A stretch of DNA of 64,000 nt. Origin: Eledone cirrhosa (taxonomy: Eukaryota). The DNA lies in the NCBI GenBank assembly GCA_964016885.1, contig OZ024740.1, positions 372,310,001 to 372,374,000 of the forward strand, given 5' to 3'. A program made the position numbers and the translations under genes. This document shows positions 31,838 through 46,769 of the stretch, piece after piece. Positions within the stretch are counted from its first letter, which is position 1; the number at the start of each line of letters is the position of its first letter. A model generated the notes under the pieces. It was not told where the DNA came from. It made no database searches and saw only the letters and a program-made list of their open reading frames with translations.

Positions 31838-32402
31838 ATAATAATAAAATGGAGAAAGAATATTTTTAGTTTTTACATACATATTAAAGAGAAAACTTCA
31901 TATTTTTGCCCGTAATTTTGTTAATGTTGACCAACAGAGTTGGCAGCAGATTAAATTGTTGGCTTCGAATGTTGGCTTTGACTGGTAGTAGTGGGGGAAG
32001 AAGGGGAGGAAGGAGAAGAAGTGAGTGAGGGTGGTGAAGAAGAAGGAGACGAAGGAGAAGGAGGCGATGAAGAAGAAGAGGGACAAACAGGGGATAGGTA
32101 TTGTAGTAATACCAGGACTATGGTAAGGAAGGGGAAGACGAAGGAACGGTGGGTGGAGTAGAAGGAGTCGGTAAGCAGCTGTAGTGGTGATAGAGTCACT
32201 GTTAATAATGGGAAAGGGAAGCAACCAGTCGATGCCAACAGAAAAAATGCCTTTAGCATTTTCTACTGTATTTTTCCTATTTGTTTATATCAACTCGTGT
32301 GTCACTTCTCTACATTCCATATATTGAGTTAGGAACTCAAAATAGTTTCTTACAACAAAATAGCTCTAAGAAAGAGATATTTCCGAGCCGTATATTATAA
32401 TG

Positions 32403-32708
32403 GAATATAAAAGAAAAACGAACACAGATATATACATATATGTGTTCAAATCGTGAGGGACCAGATTCGCTAAGGTGAAAAGAATACTAACTATAGACAA
32501 TTGGGTTTGCTTGTCTCAATTTAATAAAAAAAATCAAGAAAATAAATACAACTGGAATTGTGGTAACTACCAATCACCCAATCAATAACATTGAGATAAG
32601 CAAACCCAATTGTCTATAGTTAGTATTCTTTTCACCTTAGCGAATCTGGTCCCTTACGATTTGAACTCATATATGTATACATCTGTGTTCGTTTTTTCTT
32701 TTATATTC
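32403..32708. repeat. Fold-back module with ~118-bp arms ending at (TA)n
   Basis: 32403-32520 is near reverse complement of 32590-32708. Confidence 0.85.
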
Positions 32709-32711
32709 AAT

Positions 32712-32753
<42 letters not shown>

Positions 32754-32884
32754 CCCACTCTACTCCCCATCTATCATCTACTCTACTCCCCAAAGTATCG
32801 AGTATGTGTGTCTGATGGTAGCTAAATGCTTCCATAGGCGGTATGCCGATTGAGCACTCTATGCTCTTACAGAGCAGAGTATGA

Positions 32885-33235
32885 TAGAATAGAAAACGAA
32901 AAATCAGTGATGCATCTGAACTCTATTTATTGTGTGTTACAATTGTTTTCGCAGGCGGAGAGCTCGAGACGTGATCATTGCGTGGATCTATCTGATTCTG
33001 GACCCGCAGGTTCGACGGACACGTCTAATGATTTCGGAGCATATTCTCTCAATTCTGGACAATATTCTCTCTGTGAGAGAATATGCTCCGAAATCATTAG
33101 ATGTATCCGTCAAACCTGCGGGTCCAGAATCAGACAGATCCACACAATGATCGCATCTCGAGCTGTCCACCGGCGAAACAATTGTAACACATAATAAATT
33201 GAGTTCAGATGCATCACTGATTTTTTGTTTTCTAT

Positions 33236-33237
<2 letters not shown>
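32885..33237. repeat. Fold-back module with ~165-bp arms and short spacer
   Basis: 32885-33051 is near reverse complement of 33073-33237; the same peptide appears on both strands in the ORF track; contains gcGAAACAATTGTAacac. Confidence 0.9.
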
Positions 33238-33266
<29 letters not shown>

Positions 33267-33279
33267 TTAATATAGAAAT

Positions 33280-33331
33280 GGCTTCTACAGGACTAGAACT
33301 GTTTCATTCGGGAGAAATCATCAGGGAAGCC
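33280..33331 (-). ncRNA. Hammerhead ribozyme within fold-back 33264-33390 (family F)
   Basis: ggcttcc-CTGATGA-tTTCtcccGAAt-GAA-ACAG(ttctagtc)CTGT-A-gaagcc. Confidence 0.75.
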
Positions 33332-34019
33332 GACTGTCCTCTCGAATGAAACAGTTCTAGTTCTGTAGAAGCCATTTATATATTAAATATTTATACTCTG
33401 CTATGCTATGTATTCAGTACCTTACTTACTGTGGTTACCTCCAATTGAAACCGGGATATATATATATTATATAATATCACAGGAGATATTGATTGAAAAT
33501 AAACTTTAGTAAAGCTATGCCAAGTTTGTTCGATCTCGACGAAGAATCCGCAATTAGAACGGCAGATATGGGTAATTCTTTAGGAAAAGTAATCATGGAC
33601 ATTTTACGAGTGCAAATATAATCAGCAATTAAATAATAAATCCACAGGTTTACAAGGAATTGAAGACATTTTTATTCGTCTAACACGCGTTTCAACAAAT
33701 GAAATGCTACGAATGTAGCAAATGGAGCATTTCCAAGCAAGGATTCCAGTAAATCCATACACTAAGATCCAGGCTTAAAACTAAACATTTATCTCAATAC
33801 ATTTTCTACATCTCATTTCTTTAAAATGGGAACAGCTAAATTAAAAAATAAAATAGACAACATACATACACGTACATACACATATAAATATATGCACACA
33901 TGCATGTTTGTGTTTAAATTCATACATACAAATGTACATACAAACATACATACTCACACATGTACAAACGCACTCCTTAGATATTATTAATAAAGAAAAC
34001 TAACCCAATAGTAATGTTT

Positions 34020-34745
34020 TATGTACAAGGTCCCACATTTCACAATGATACTAGGTAAAACAAACCTAACCACGGACATATTGTCAGCCGAAGTACGTAT
34101 GTCAGAACTGACCGTAGAATAAGGAGACAAGGAGAATTTGTAGCACTCGCAATAAATGTCCTCTCCAAATTTAACACAGGGCGTGATACACTACTAATAA
34201 TGCAGGTAATTGAATTTGAGCATAGGTAATACCTACCATCCTCCTGGTGTATGTAATCCCGGAGATCACTTCTGGGATGCGTTGTCACTCATTAGTCAAT
34301 CCCTAAATGATACTAGCCCACTGGAATTTAACAAGACTTCAATTTATCTAATTACAGTTGGATTCTGGATCTTCACAACCAAACAAACACCCTTCACATA
34401 CCTGTTCATCCAGGGAAAATAATATACTGGACTTAGTTTTTACCAGGATGTAAACATTATTCACAATGTTCAGGTCATTTTAACTGCTAATTCTGACACG
34501 ATTTACATGATACACATATCTGAATACGGTTCAAAGTTGAGAGATTGTTTTTTCTAACCGAATGCAATCGAAAACATTATTAAACCAGTCTGAAATGTAG
34601 AAATCAGGAATTGAAAAAGGATCTCTATTGAAACATTAAAAGAAAGCATTAGATGAATTCCTCCTAACTACAATACCGGATCAGCCAACTATTCAAGATT
34701 ATATTCAAGGCTATATTCAAAGGAAATCAGCTGCTGCAGACTCAT
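34020..34745. pseudogene. Highly decayed CR1-like LINE remnant
   Basis: 3' part aaagcattagatgaattcctc..ataccggatcagcca (ALDEFL..IPDQP) resembles CR1-type C-termini; the rest is ambiguous. Confidence 0.35.
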
Positions 34746-34860
34746 TTATATACCATCTTCTAGTAATAAAACTACAGCAAAACTGAAAGTATATAAACTA
34801 ATACTAATACCATCAAAAGAATAAATGAATAAAGAATAAATGCACTTAAACGGGCACATA

Positions 34861-34944
<84 letters not shown>

Positions 34945-35007
34945 TATGTATACACACACATATATATATATATATATACGTACGCACACAAAGATACACA
35001 CACACAC

Positions 35008-35046
<39 letters not shown>

Positions 35047-35911
35047 AATATAAATATAAATATATATATACATACTTATAGACTCTAAAGAATATTTCTA
35101 TTTCTTTAGTAACGCCTATTTGAGATATTTAATGGAAAAAGTGGAAGACCCAATAACTGCATTTCGTTGGGAATTGTAATTTTTCAATAACAATTCAACT
35201 GATGTCTCAAGAGGTCAAATATGTTTATTTAGGCAGGTCACTCATATAAGTAATTATTAAAGTAGACAAGGAGAAAACTATTTACGAGGATATTAAATGT
35301 AAGATTTTGTTATCACGTGGACACCTAACAAGAGCATGTATGCTTAAAACTTTCAGAGAATATCTGTTCATTCTGACAAGACAAAAATCTCTTTGATTAT
35401 TGACATAACTGCACATTCCAAGTTTCAAATATTACGTTAAAAATATTATAAATAGTTGTCACAACCAAATGCTTAGCACCATGTGACAACAAATCACATT
35501 TAAAGAGAAAAGAGATAATTGTCAATTTGACCTACAGTCTAGACTTAATAATCCAGAACAGAGCTAACTAGATGTGGTTAATAAATGTAAAAATTGCATT
35601 ATTAAGCTACGTATATTATTTTTAGCAAGAATAGCTCGGGGTTAATAAATTGAGATCAACCAAATATAATTCTGTATCATTTTGAATTTAGTCTATCGTA
35701 GTGGAATTGTACAAACCCTTTCCAGGTTCTTTACATCTAATATATTAGAATTTGTAAAGAATGCTTCACTTGTTATTGATTTTGAAATTAGTATAATCCG
35801 CACATGCTAGGAAGTTGTTAGTATTGTTTTAAGACACACAGACATACACACTCATACCCAAGCACACACGCGCGCGCACACACGCGCGCGCACACACACA
35901 CGCATATATGC

Positions 35912-36007
<96 letters not shown>

Positions 36008-36794
36008 TAAAGAAAGAGATGAAATTTCGTATTTCTATGAAACATATACACTATATATATATGACGGTATCGGCCCTGAATATACTGTTAGTTACATATT
36101 TCTACGCTCATGGCTAAGGCAACTTAAAATCTGTAGCCGATATTAGCTCGCTATGAACATCATCTGATTAGATGAATGCCTATGTAATGTGAATTGTGGT
36201 ACATGGAAATGCTGAGATCAAATCACATGTACATACGCATTAAGGAGCAATACATGAATACAGGTGTTCAGTCTCATAGTATGCCCATACAATCTCTAAA
36301 GGAATTCGAAAAGTGACATTAATGAGAAAATAAATTCAATAAAATGATGTCGAGTGATATGAACTAAAAGTATTTCTTGCAATTTTTATAATTCACAGGA
36401 GATAGACGAATTTTCAGATTCACATGTTTTATATGAAATAGAAATTCATTTTTTCTTGAAATTCAATGACAAAATATTCAAAGAGAATAATAATGAAAAT
36501 GCAGACAAAACTATATTTAGAAAGATAGATATATGAAGCAACCATGTCTGATTTAGGGAGGATGTTCTACGGTACACAGCAATCAATGACTATATAACAT
36601 TTAGGCAGACAAAACAATCCACTTAGGCAAGAGGTTAAAACATTTACAAATATGCATACGTACATAATACATAAAAACAATATGTATATATACATACACA
36701 CACAAGCACACTCACACACACATGTTAGTGAAGATTGTTCCAGAATATTTGTCCATACATAAATGTATATGCCTATATACTACCAATAAGTGTA

Positions 36795-36847
<53 letters not shown>

Positions 36848-36907
36848 TTTATGTATATATATATATATAGGTATGTATGTATATATATATGTATGTATGT
36901 ATGTATG

Positions 36908-37520
36908 TCAGATCACCAGTTGGTGCTACTGGTAACATGTATCCCAGTACAACCTGTCTCATGGTTGGGTCGTTGGCGACTAAACTGGCAACCCCACCAA
37001 GGTTTCTTGGTGAGGAGGGTGACTTTGGACATCCTGCAGGATTAAAAACAAAACCTGTCAAAGGGCAAAGGAGCTCTTAAGAGTCAATGGCCATCCAAAA
37101 TCACCGGGAGAGATGACCCCTTAGCCTTTGTCAAGGCAGAATTCTAGGAGAAGGAAAACTCTGAAATAACACCTGCCACCCTGATGGTATCCAATGATGT
37201 TGACTTGTTCTTCTTTTTGGTAAATATCATCTTGGTTAAGAGAGTGGGACTGGCTTTGTGCAGTGCCTTTGCTCACTATAAAAGCTTCACGGCACAGGCA
37301 TTGCTTTATATCTGGAGATCTCTCTGCACTTGTCCTCACATGGTACCATGGGCCCAGCACTATGTGTCAATAATTGTCACAAGTGTAGTGTTTGTACCAG
37401 AGTTTTCAAGTCGCTGGCTGGACTAAAAAGTCACACTCGTTCAGCGCTTCGGTATGGGGTTCTCCTACATGGATATAAAGTAGTGGCCGTACTCGAAAAC
37501 GAGTTGGCAGCCACCATGTA
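36908..37520 (+). mobile_element. Bipartite RTE-derived non-autonomous retroelement (~610 bp) flanked by (TATG)n
   Basis: Structured 5' head; 3' part encodes [22 protein letters not shown], resembling the terminal C2H2-like motif of RTE ORFs; further copies at 9266-10110 and 54745-54980. Confidence 0.7.
36911..36988 (+). ncRNA. Putative HDV-like ribozyme at the 5' end of the RTE-derived element
   Basis: P1 gatca/tggtt, J1/2 hairpin accagt/actggt, P2 ccagt/actgg, L3 containing CC, GGG linker, P4 tcg-ttgg-cga, J4/2 CTAA; P3 imperfect. Confidence 0.45.
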
Positions 37521-38190
37521 TGTATATATATATATATGTATATATATATAGATATATATAACCCTTATCGTTGAGTCCTCTTCGGAATTTGGTCATTGAA
37601 TGTATTATTTATATATATATATATTTATATATATATATATGTGTGTGTGTGAGTGTGTGTGTCTACGTGCTCGTGTGTGTGTATGAGCGTCTACGTGCAC
37701 GTGTGTGTTTGTGTGTGTTTTTGAATCATTTGAAAATGTGGGAGTAATTTTAATTTGAAAATAACTGTAATACCAGTCGGTCACTGCAAAGAATAGCTAA
37801 GAAAATTGGTTAAAATATCCCTAGAGACTGAGAAAACTAGCATTGGTGATTTATTCATTTTTCAATTTCAAATGACCGAACGCTTCCATCATTTATAAAA
37901 AACACACACACAGACACGCATGTATATATATATATCGTTGTATGTATGTGTATGTAGGTTTCTGGTTTCATGTATGTGTATGTGTACATATGATATTTAA
38001 TAAAAGTAATTTAAATACAGTTTGAGTAGATTTAAAGAGATAGAAGTAGAGCCAAAATTAGTATCTGATGACTATGAAACCACTCTTTAAACATCAAACG
38101 GAACGAACTTTAGGCAGAGAACACATCTAGAGATTCACCACTTATTACACATCCTGCATATTCGCACATACGCTCTCACATACGCATATA

Positions 38191-38290
<100 letters not shown>

Positions 38291-38301
38291 TATATATACA
38301 G

Positions 38302-39926
<1,625 letters not shown>

Positions 39927-40299
39927 ATATATATATATACATATTATTTCTCCACGCACAGGCTATAACAATCATATAACGAATTCATTAGCAGATCAAC
40001 GCCCTTAACACTCTTGATCACCTGTTTAAGTGCTTCTATTACACGTAACTCTCTGCCACACTATATAAACAAGACGCACGTGCTTGCCACACGTATAGCT
40101 ATTGCACTCTATAACCGCTTAATTTCATGTTGTATTTTAACCTGTATTTTTGATTGTATCTTTTAATATGAATGTAATCTCTAAATGTGTACTGCCACAC
40201 TAAATGCTGTAATGAATGTTGACCCACAATATTTGCATATGTATCTGTATGTCTCTTGGGTGAAAAGGAGGTCATATAAGTGTTCATTCAATAATAAAT

Positions 40300-40346
40300 T
40301 GCTCCGAAGAATCCAAACCTCGGTTTGGAGGAAACAGTTGTAAGCA
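40300..40346 (+). ncRNA. Minimal hammerhead in the upstream terminal repeat
   Basis: tgct-CCGAAGA-aTCCAAACCtcGGTTTGGAg-GAAAC-agtt-GTA-agca. Confidence 0.75.
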
Positions 40347-40597
40347 TAAAAATGTTTTGAACAGTTCTTTGATTCTTATAATTCATATAACTGCTCTGTA
40401 AATCATCTGATGTTATTACGTTGAGCTATTTAACTTACTGGTAATAAGGTAGTAATATATTACTGCCTACCACTATTTAGGGTTTGTAAAAATATATATA
40501 ACTACAAAAGGTTTTTGTATTTGCATAACCATAAATAGTATACTTAATACTATTAACTGCTCCATACTGTTGAGCTGACATACAATAAATTACCAAT

Positions 40598-43045
40598 ATG
40601 CTAATCAAAGACCAACTCCCCATGTCAACCAAGAACATACCAATACCATCCAAGAATACATATGAGAAATTGCTGATCAACAGTGTAAATTCCTTTATCA
40701 ATAGAGTGAGATGGAGGACATTCCATTATGATAGAAACAGATCTAACAATGTTAATAATACTAACAAATTTGACTCATTCGGCTTTAAAACCTTTAAAAG
40801 CCCCCCTCATAACACACTACTTAACTCCTTTGAAAATGACCTAGTAAAACTAGTTAAGAACATTAAATACAATAAGCACCGTAATAGAAGCAACACCTTC
40901 TTAAACAAACTTAACACCTCTATTAATGAATTCAAAACTAGTAATATAATTATTGTACACGCGGATAAAACTAATAACATATACAGCCTGGATTATAATA
41001 CTTATAGAAAGTTTATATATAATGAACTACATAAAAGCTACAATAAAACTACTATGAACAACTTAGAGGATATTAATATAGAGGGATATAATATAGTGTC
41101 TAAACTAGGACTTCAGAGGCATACACAACCATACACCCCAAACTCCCCTAGATTCTCTCTGAAGGATCATAAGGAAGACTTCATTAGCAACCCCTCGATT
41201 AGACTTATCTGCCCTTCCAAGTCCGACATTGGCATTATCAGCAAGAACATTTTAGATAAAATCATCCCACAAATTAAACACAAGATACACCTTAAACAAT
41301 GGGGAAATACGGGTGAAGTTATTGAATGGTTCAAAGATATCAAGAATAACAAGGACAACAAATTCATTCAATTTGATATCAATTCATACTACACCTCTAT
41401 TTCCCCTATCCTATTAAATAAGGCACTAATCATGGCCATGAACAATAGCGACCTGACTAGAACCCAGATTGATGTAATCCTTGTGGCCCGTAAAACCATA
41501 ATCACCTTTGAGGACCAACTATGGACCCGCAAGGATGCGCACAACAACTTCGACATAACCATGGGGTCTAGTGACTCGGCGCAGGTCACTGATTTGGTCG
41601 GCCTATACTTACTTAATGAAATCCATAAGGACATCCCATACCTCAACGGTGGTTTGTACCGCGATGATGCACTTCTACTTATAGAATATAAAAAATTCAA
41701 TATAGAAAGAACTAGAAAACTATTGCACAAGACATTCAAAAACTTTAACCTTAGTATCACCATGGACAAAAACACTAAAAACGTTAACTTCCTAGACGCC
41801 ACACTATACCTAGACTCAAAGATATATACACCTTTCCATAAGCCTAACGAAAAACTCATTTACGTGGATACCAAGTCTAATCACCCTAGATCAATATTAA
41901 ACTCTATCTCTAAGGGGGTATCCAATATAATCTCTAATCTATCCTATGACGCAAACATATTTAGCAAAAAACTCGCAATATTATAATCAAGCATTAGCTA
42001 GATCCGGCCATAATATAGAGATTGAGTTCCTACCTACGAAAACACATAGCTACAACATCATCTCGCACAATATGTCCATGAGGAAACCTAGTAATATGAA
42101 TAGCAACCACACGCACACTAAAGCAGAGGGTGCCATCAAAAGTAACCATTACCACAGAAACTACCGTAGTACCTTAGGAGGAAACAACACACCAGACACT
42201 AAAAACAAAAATAGAAGAAGAAATAATACATTTTTCAACCCTCCTTTCAACCTAAACGTCTCCACCAACATACCTAGGGCTTTCTTCTCACTACTAGATA
42301 AAAACTTCCCTCTAGGACACAAGTACCATAACCTTTTAAACAAAAACACTATTAAAATCTCATACTCTACGACGCCTAACATAGCATACCACATAGCTAG
42401 CAGCAATAAAAGAAAAATTAATTCTTACTTCCAACAAACGAAATCACAACAGGGGGTAAACCTTCAATATACCTCTGTAGCAAGCAACCCTAATAACGGC
42501 AGTAATAATAGAAATAACACTAGTATAAGCAATAATACCGGGGACGACAACCCGCATGTCCAAAATCCTATAGCTACCACCCGGACTTCTGCACAGCATT
42601 ATAACCAGCAGACTAACACCCAGAATAATTGTAACTGTAGAGCAAATAGAACCTGCCCTTTAGATAAAAAAATGCCTAACCAAGGATATCACATACTCAT
42701 GCACCGTCACAACTAGCAACTTTTCAGAAACCTATGTAGGCTCCACTTCTAACTGCTTCAAAACCAGGTATAATTCGCACATCCACTCGTTCAAAAAGCA
42801 CAATCTAGCCAGCTCCACCTCACTATCTAGCTACATACACTCTCTAAAGACTAAAAATAAACCTTACACACTCAAATGGGAAGTGATAGGTAGCGCGACT
42901 TCGTACAAACCACCTAATAAATTTTGTAACCTCTGTTTACTAGAGACCCACACTATTATCTTCTCTAACCGTAACCTACTTAACAAAAATCTGAAGTGTT
43001 CGCAACTGGCCAGCACCGCTTCAGACATTCCTTCCAAAACTTTAA
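40598..43045 (+). pseudogene. PLE polyprotein (reverse transcriptase + GIY-YIG endonuclease), broken by frameshifts near 41965, 42665 and 42985
   Basis: SKNIP-like N-terminus, ADKTNN, QFDI, FDITMGS, LYRDD, VNFLD; CNC..CPL..C linker; ITY..YVGST..FKTRYNSH; CNLCLLE..LLNK. Confidence 0.9.
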
Positions 43046-44479
43046 GCCCAATATATAGCAATGTCGGACTTGAACCAGACACCACCACTAGCATCAAACA
43101 CCAGGGGCACACCTTATACCACATCCCCACACTCATTGATCTAATATAACACTAATCGGGACATCCCTCTAGAACCCTTCACAGTAGGAATACCCCTTTG
43201 TACTTCTATTTTAGGTGTGACTACATCCAGTTGCTTGAACTGCACTACACCACTTTATAGTTAATGTAAAATTTAAGCATTGAATTGATTGTATTGTTGG
43301 TGCTATGCGGAGGAAGTGCCATCGTTGGATAAATGGAAGATTAATTAATCTAGTAACGTTGATGAGCTGTACGACCGGTATGCTGAGTGCAGTGAATGTA
43401 TTGCAAGTGGCGTATGGGTTGTACATATATGTATGAATTGATGGTCAGATTAGTGACATGAGGAGGGTGGGTTGACCTCTGGTCTGCCCTAGTGATGATT
43501 ATCTTTCGACGTCCAATATAGGATGCACTGACCCGGAACTTACCAGGGATCATTATATGTTGAAGTGATTCTATAATCACCCTGCCAGGTTCTATGAGTA
43601 GACTACACTCACAATGATCATTAATTTAGAAATCTCGCTCGTCGTGTATAATATTCATTTGTGGCACTCTATGATGGAGGATAATCACCATAATAGGAAC
43701 ACCTTCAGCACAGCTTAATAGACTACATTATAGTTAAGACACTTTAAATTTTTAGAAACTGCGTATAACCATATAAGTTAGGGACTATTTTGAGACACAA
43801 TTTAATAGTTAGTAATAGAAACCACTGAGTTACCTCCCCTCATGCATTAACTCCCCTTAGCCACACACACACTTCCGGGTAATATTTCGATGTCGATTCT
43901 CGCAACGTAACAACATGCTGTATTGAGCTAAAGGCCATCAGACTACGGTTCTCTAACAGGATTGTCAAACGCCCAATATCGAATCGTCGTGGATTATGTG
44001 AGAGGCATATAATCTGAAAAATACGCTCCCCGGACTATGAAAATGTCGCAGTGCATGAAATCCATATCATCGCTTCGCTACGGATTTCCAATATTTTTAA
44101 TGCTTACATTATTTTTAATGCTTATATTATTTCTCCACGCACAGGCTATAACAATCATATAAAGAATTCATTACCAGATCAACACCCTTATCACCCTTGA
44201 TCACCTGTTTAAGTGCTTCTATTACACGTAACTCTCTGCCACACTATATAAACAAGATGCACGTGCTTGCCACACGTATAGCTATTGCACTCTATAACCG
44301 CTTAATTTCACGTATTTTAACCTATATTTTTGATTGTATCTTTTAATATGAATGTAATCTCTAAATGTGTACTGCCACACTAAATGCTGTAATGAATGTT
44401 GACCCACAATATTTGCATATGTATCTGTATGTCTCTTGGGTGAAAAGGAGGTCATATAAGTGTTCATTCAATAATAAAT

Positions 44480-44526
44480 TGCTCCGAAGAATCCAAACCT
44501 CGGTTTGGAGGAAACAGTTGTAAGCA
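44480..44526 (+). ncRNA. Minimal hammerhead in the downstream terminal repeat
   Basis: Identical to 40300-40346. Confidence 0.75.
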
Positions 44527-45042
44527 TAAAAATGTTTTGAACAGTTCTTTGATTCTTATAATTCATATAACTGCTCTGTAAATCATCTGATGTTATTACA
44601 TTGAGCTATTTAACTTACTGGTAATAAGGTAGTAATATATTACTGCCTACCACTATTTAGGGTTTGTAAAAATATATATAACTACAAAAGGTTTTTGTAT
44701 TTGCATAACCATAAATAGTATACTTAATACTATATATACACATATATATATGTATATATAACCAAAGATTAATATGGTTCGTTGATTATTCAACGCATAC
44801 ACTTTTACAATAGATTAGAAGCACTTGACAAGAAATTTTCTTGGAGTATTTAATATTATTCAAAATATTAATAAATTAAAAATATTCTCATAATGAAAAT
44901 ATATATTTTATTATACATATTTCAAAGGAACCAGATGGATCATAACGCACCAGAGTACTCAATACTTAGGGTATTAGACTGGGTAATAGGAAAATGTTTA
45001 ACCCCGACGGCAGAGCTCAAGCCGTTTCGACGGCTATTTCTG

Positions 45043-45120
<78 letters not shown>

Positions 45121-46682
45121 GTGCGCTAAGCAGCAAGACTGTACGATAAAGTTATATCTGTATACATTCAGAGTGGATAACCGAGACTGTGCCAATGTGT
45201 ATACAGAGAAAGACATCTTTAATATGTAGACCTGTAAACATGCCAGAAATACGAATTACACTGTAAATTGAAAAATGATAAACAGCTTAATTAACACTAA
45301 CCCTAATCCTAACTTTAAACCACCATATATGCGTAGATATATATGCAGAATAATACAGATGCTGTGTATTTTATCATAAAGAAGATTATGCTGCAAGAAA
45401 ATAGGGAACGAAAATGGTGATTTATAGATGTAATAAAGATATCTTCATTTTATGTGGACCGGGAGACGATAGATATGAACATATTAAAGTATGTTATACG
45501 ATTTACCTCGATATTATCATAAGACTGTTATATTTAAATATGACAATTTCGTTCAATTAAAATTAGCTAAAAGAACGTAAAGATATGCTTACGTATAGTG
45601 AACAATTGAACCCATTTAAAGAATTGTGGTCTAGAGTTTTTCATTCAAAATGAAGAGATCATCTAACTTAATGGATAGGATGGAAATATCTGATCCATTA
45701 AAGTGTGGTTTGCTTTGATTCATAATATTCTCCAAAATGTTAAAATAATTAGTACCCTCGTTTATTACTTAGATTGAAAAGGCTGCGGTGTACTTCGTTC
45801 TTGGTTTTCAGAAAAATGGAATGTAAATATATGTATGATATTTCTCTTAATTATCAATATGTGGTAAAGTTGGGTTTAGCAGTTGTATAGGAATCCCCCG
45901 CCTCTTCACCAAAATTAAAGTGAATAGTCATATTCTGATTGAAAATTCTAATTAAAAGAATGTCAGAATAGACACACCTGGAATGTTAATTAATGTTAGC
46001 ACAGAATGGAGTGAGGAGTGATTGTAATTTATTAATAGTGGGGTCACAGCTTCATACAGATAATTAGAGGGATTTACAGTATAATATCCTACGTGAATTA
46101 AGAGAGTCATTATAAAATAAAATATAGCATTAAGCCTTCTGCATGAACACTGTATAACAAAGTGGGGGCTATCATATTTGATGAAGGAATCCACTTATTC
46201 GGAGCTAAACCGTCTCATTGTCCCTCTTTTTAGACAGTTGAATTCATTGCACTTATCCGCATTGCCTTACTATAAAGAGTTCAGGTATTGTTTCTTGCCT
46301 GAACGTTAGTTCTTTGGAACATTCTTCCTGGAGCTGTCATCTCTGGGAGCATCAAGAGAAGCATTTACTGCATCGATATCACTGGTCCCGGAGATACTAT
46401 GATGCTTATTCATACTGGTGCAACCCCCTCCTCAAGAACAAAAAAAACATTTATATTTCTATGAATATTTTTCGATCTTATGATGTTTTAAATCATATGC
46501 GCGTAATTGGTTGCCCACACTTTTGCTTGCCTCCCGTATTACACGCTTTCCAATTAATCTCGGATATGTCTTTAATGCTGTATCCTCTTCCCTCTTACTT
46601 AATTTGTGCTTATATATCACTTCCTCTTTACAATCTCATTCGTTCATATCTATCTACCTACCTATCAATCTACTCAGCTAAC

Positions 46683-46751
<69 letters not shown>

Positions 46752-46769
46752 ACTATCTACCCCTTCCAA

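Larger units (their letters stand above)
39941..44733 (+). mobile_element. Near full-length Penelope-like retroelement (Neptune-like) with ~610-bp direct terminal repeats
   Basis: 39941-40553 and 44124-44733 are near-identical; RT + GIY-YIG ORF between them; (TA)n at both ends. Confidence 0.92.

Noticed and set aside
31898-32259. Ser/Pro-rich and Phe-rich ORFs
   Set aside because: GA-rich low-complexity sequence
38061-38095. CTGATGA-ctat-GAAAC hammerhead-like core
   Set aside because: No stem I, stem II or cleavage triplet
46234-46284. Possible host exon (ttttag|...cag|gtattg)
   Set aside because: Short, no recognisable peptide, no partner exons; needs RNA-seq
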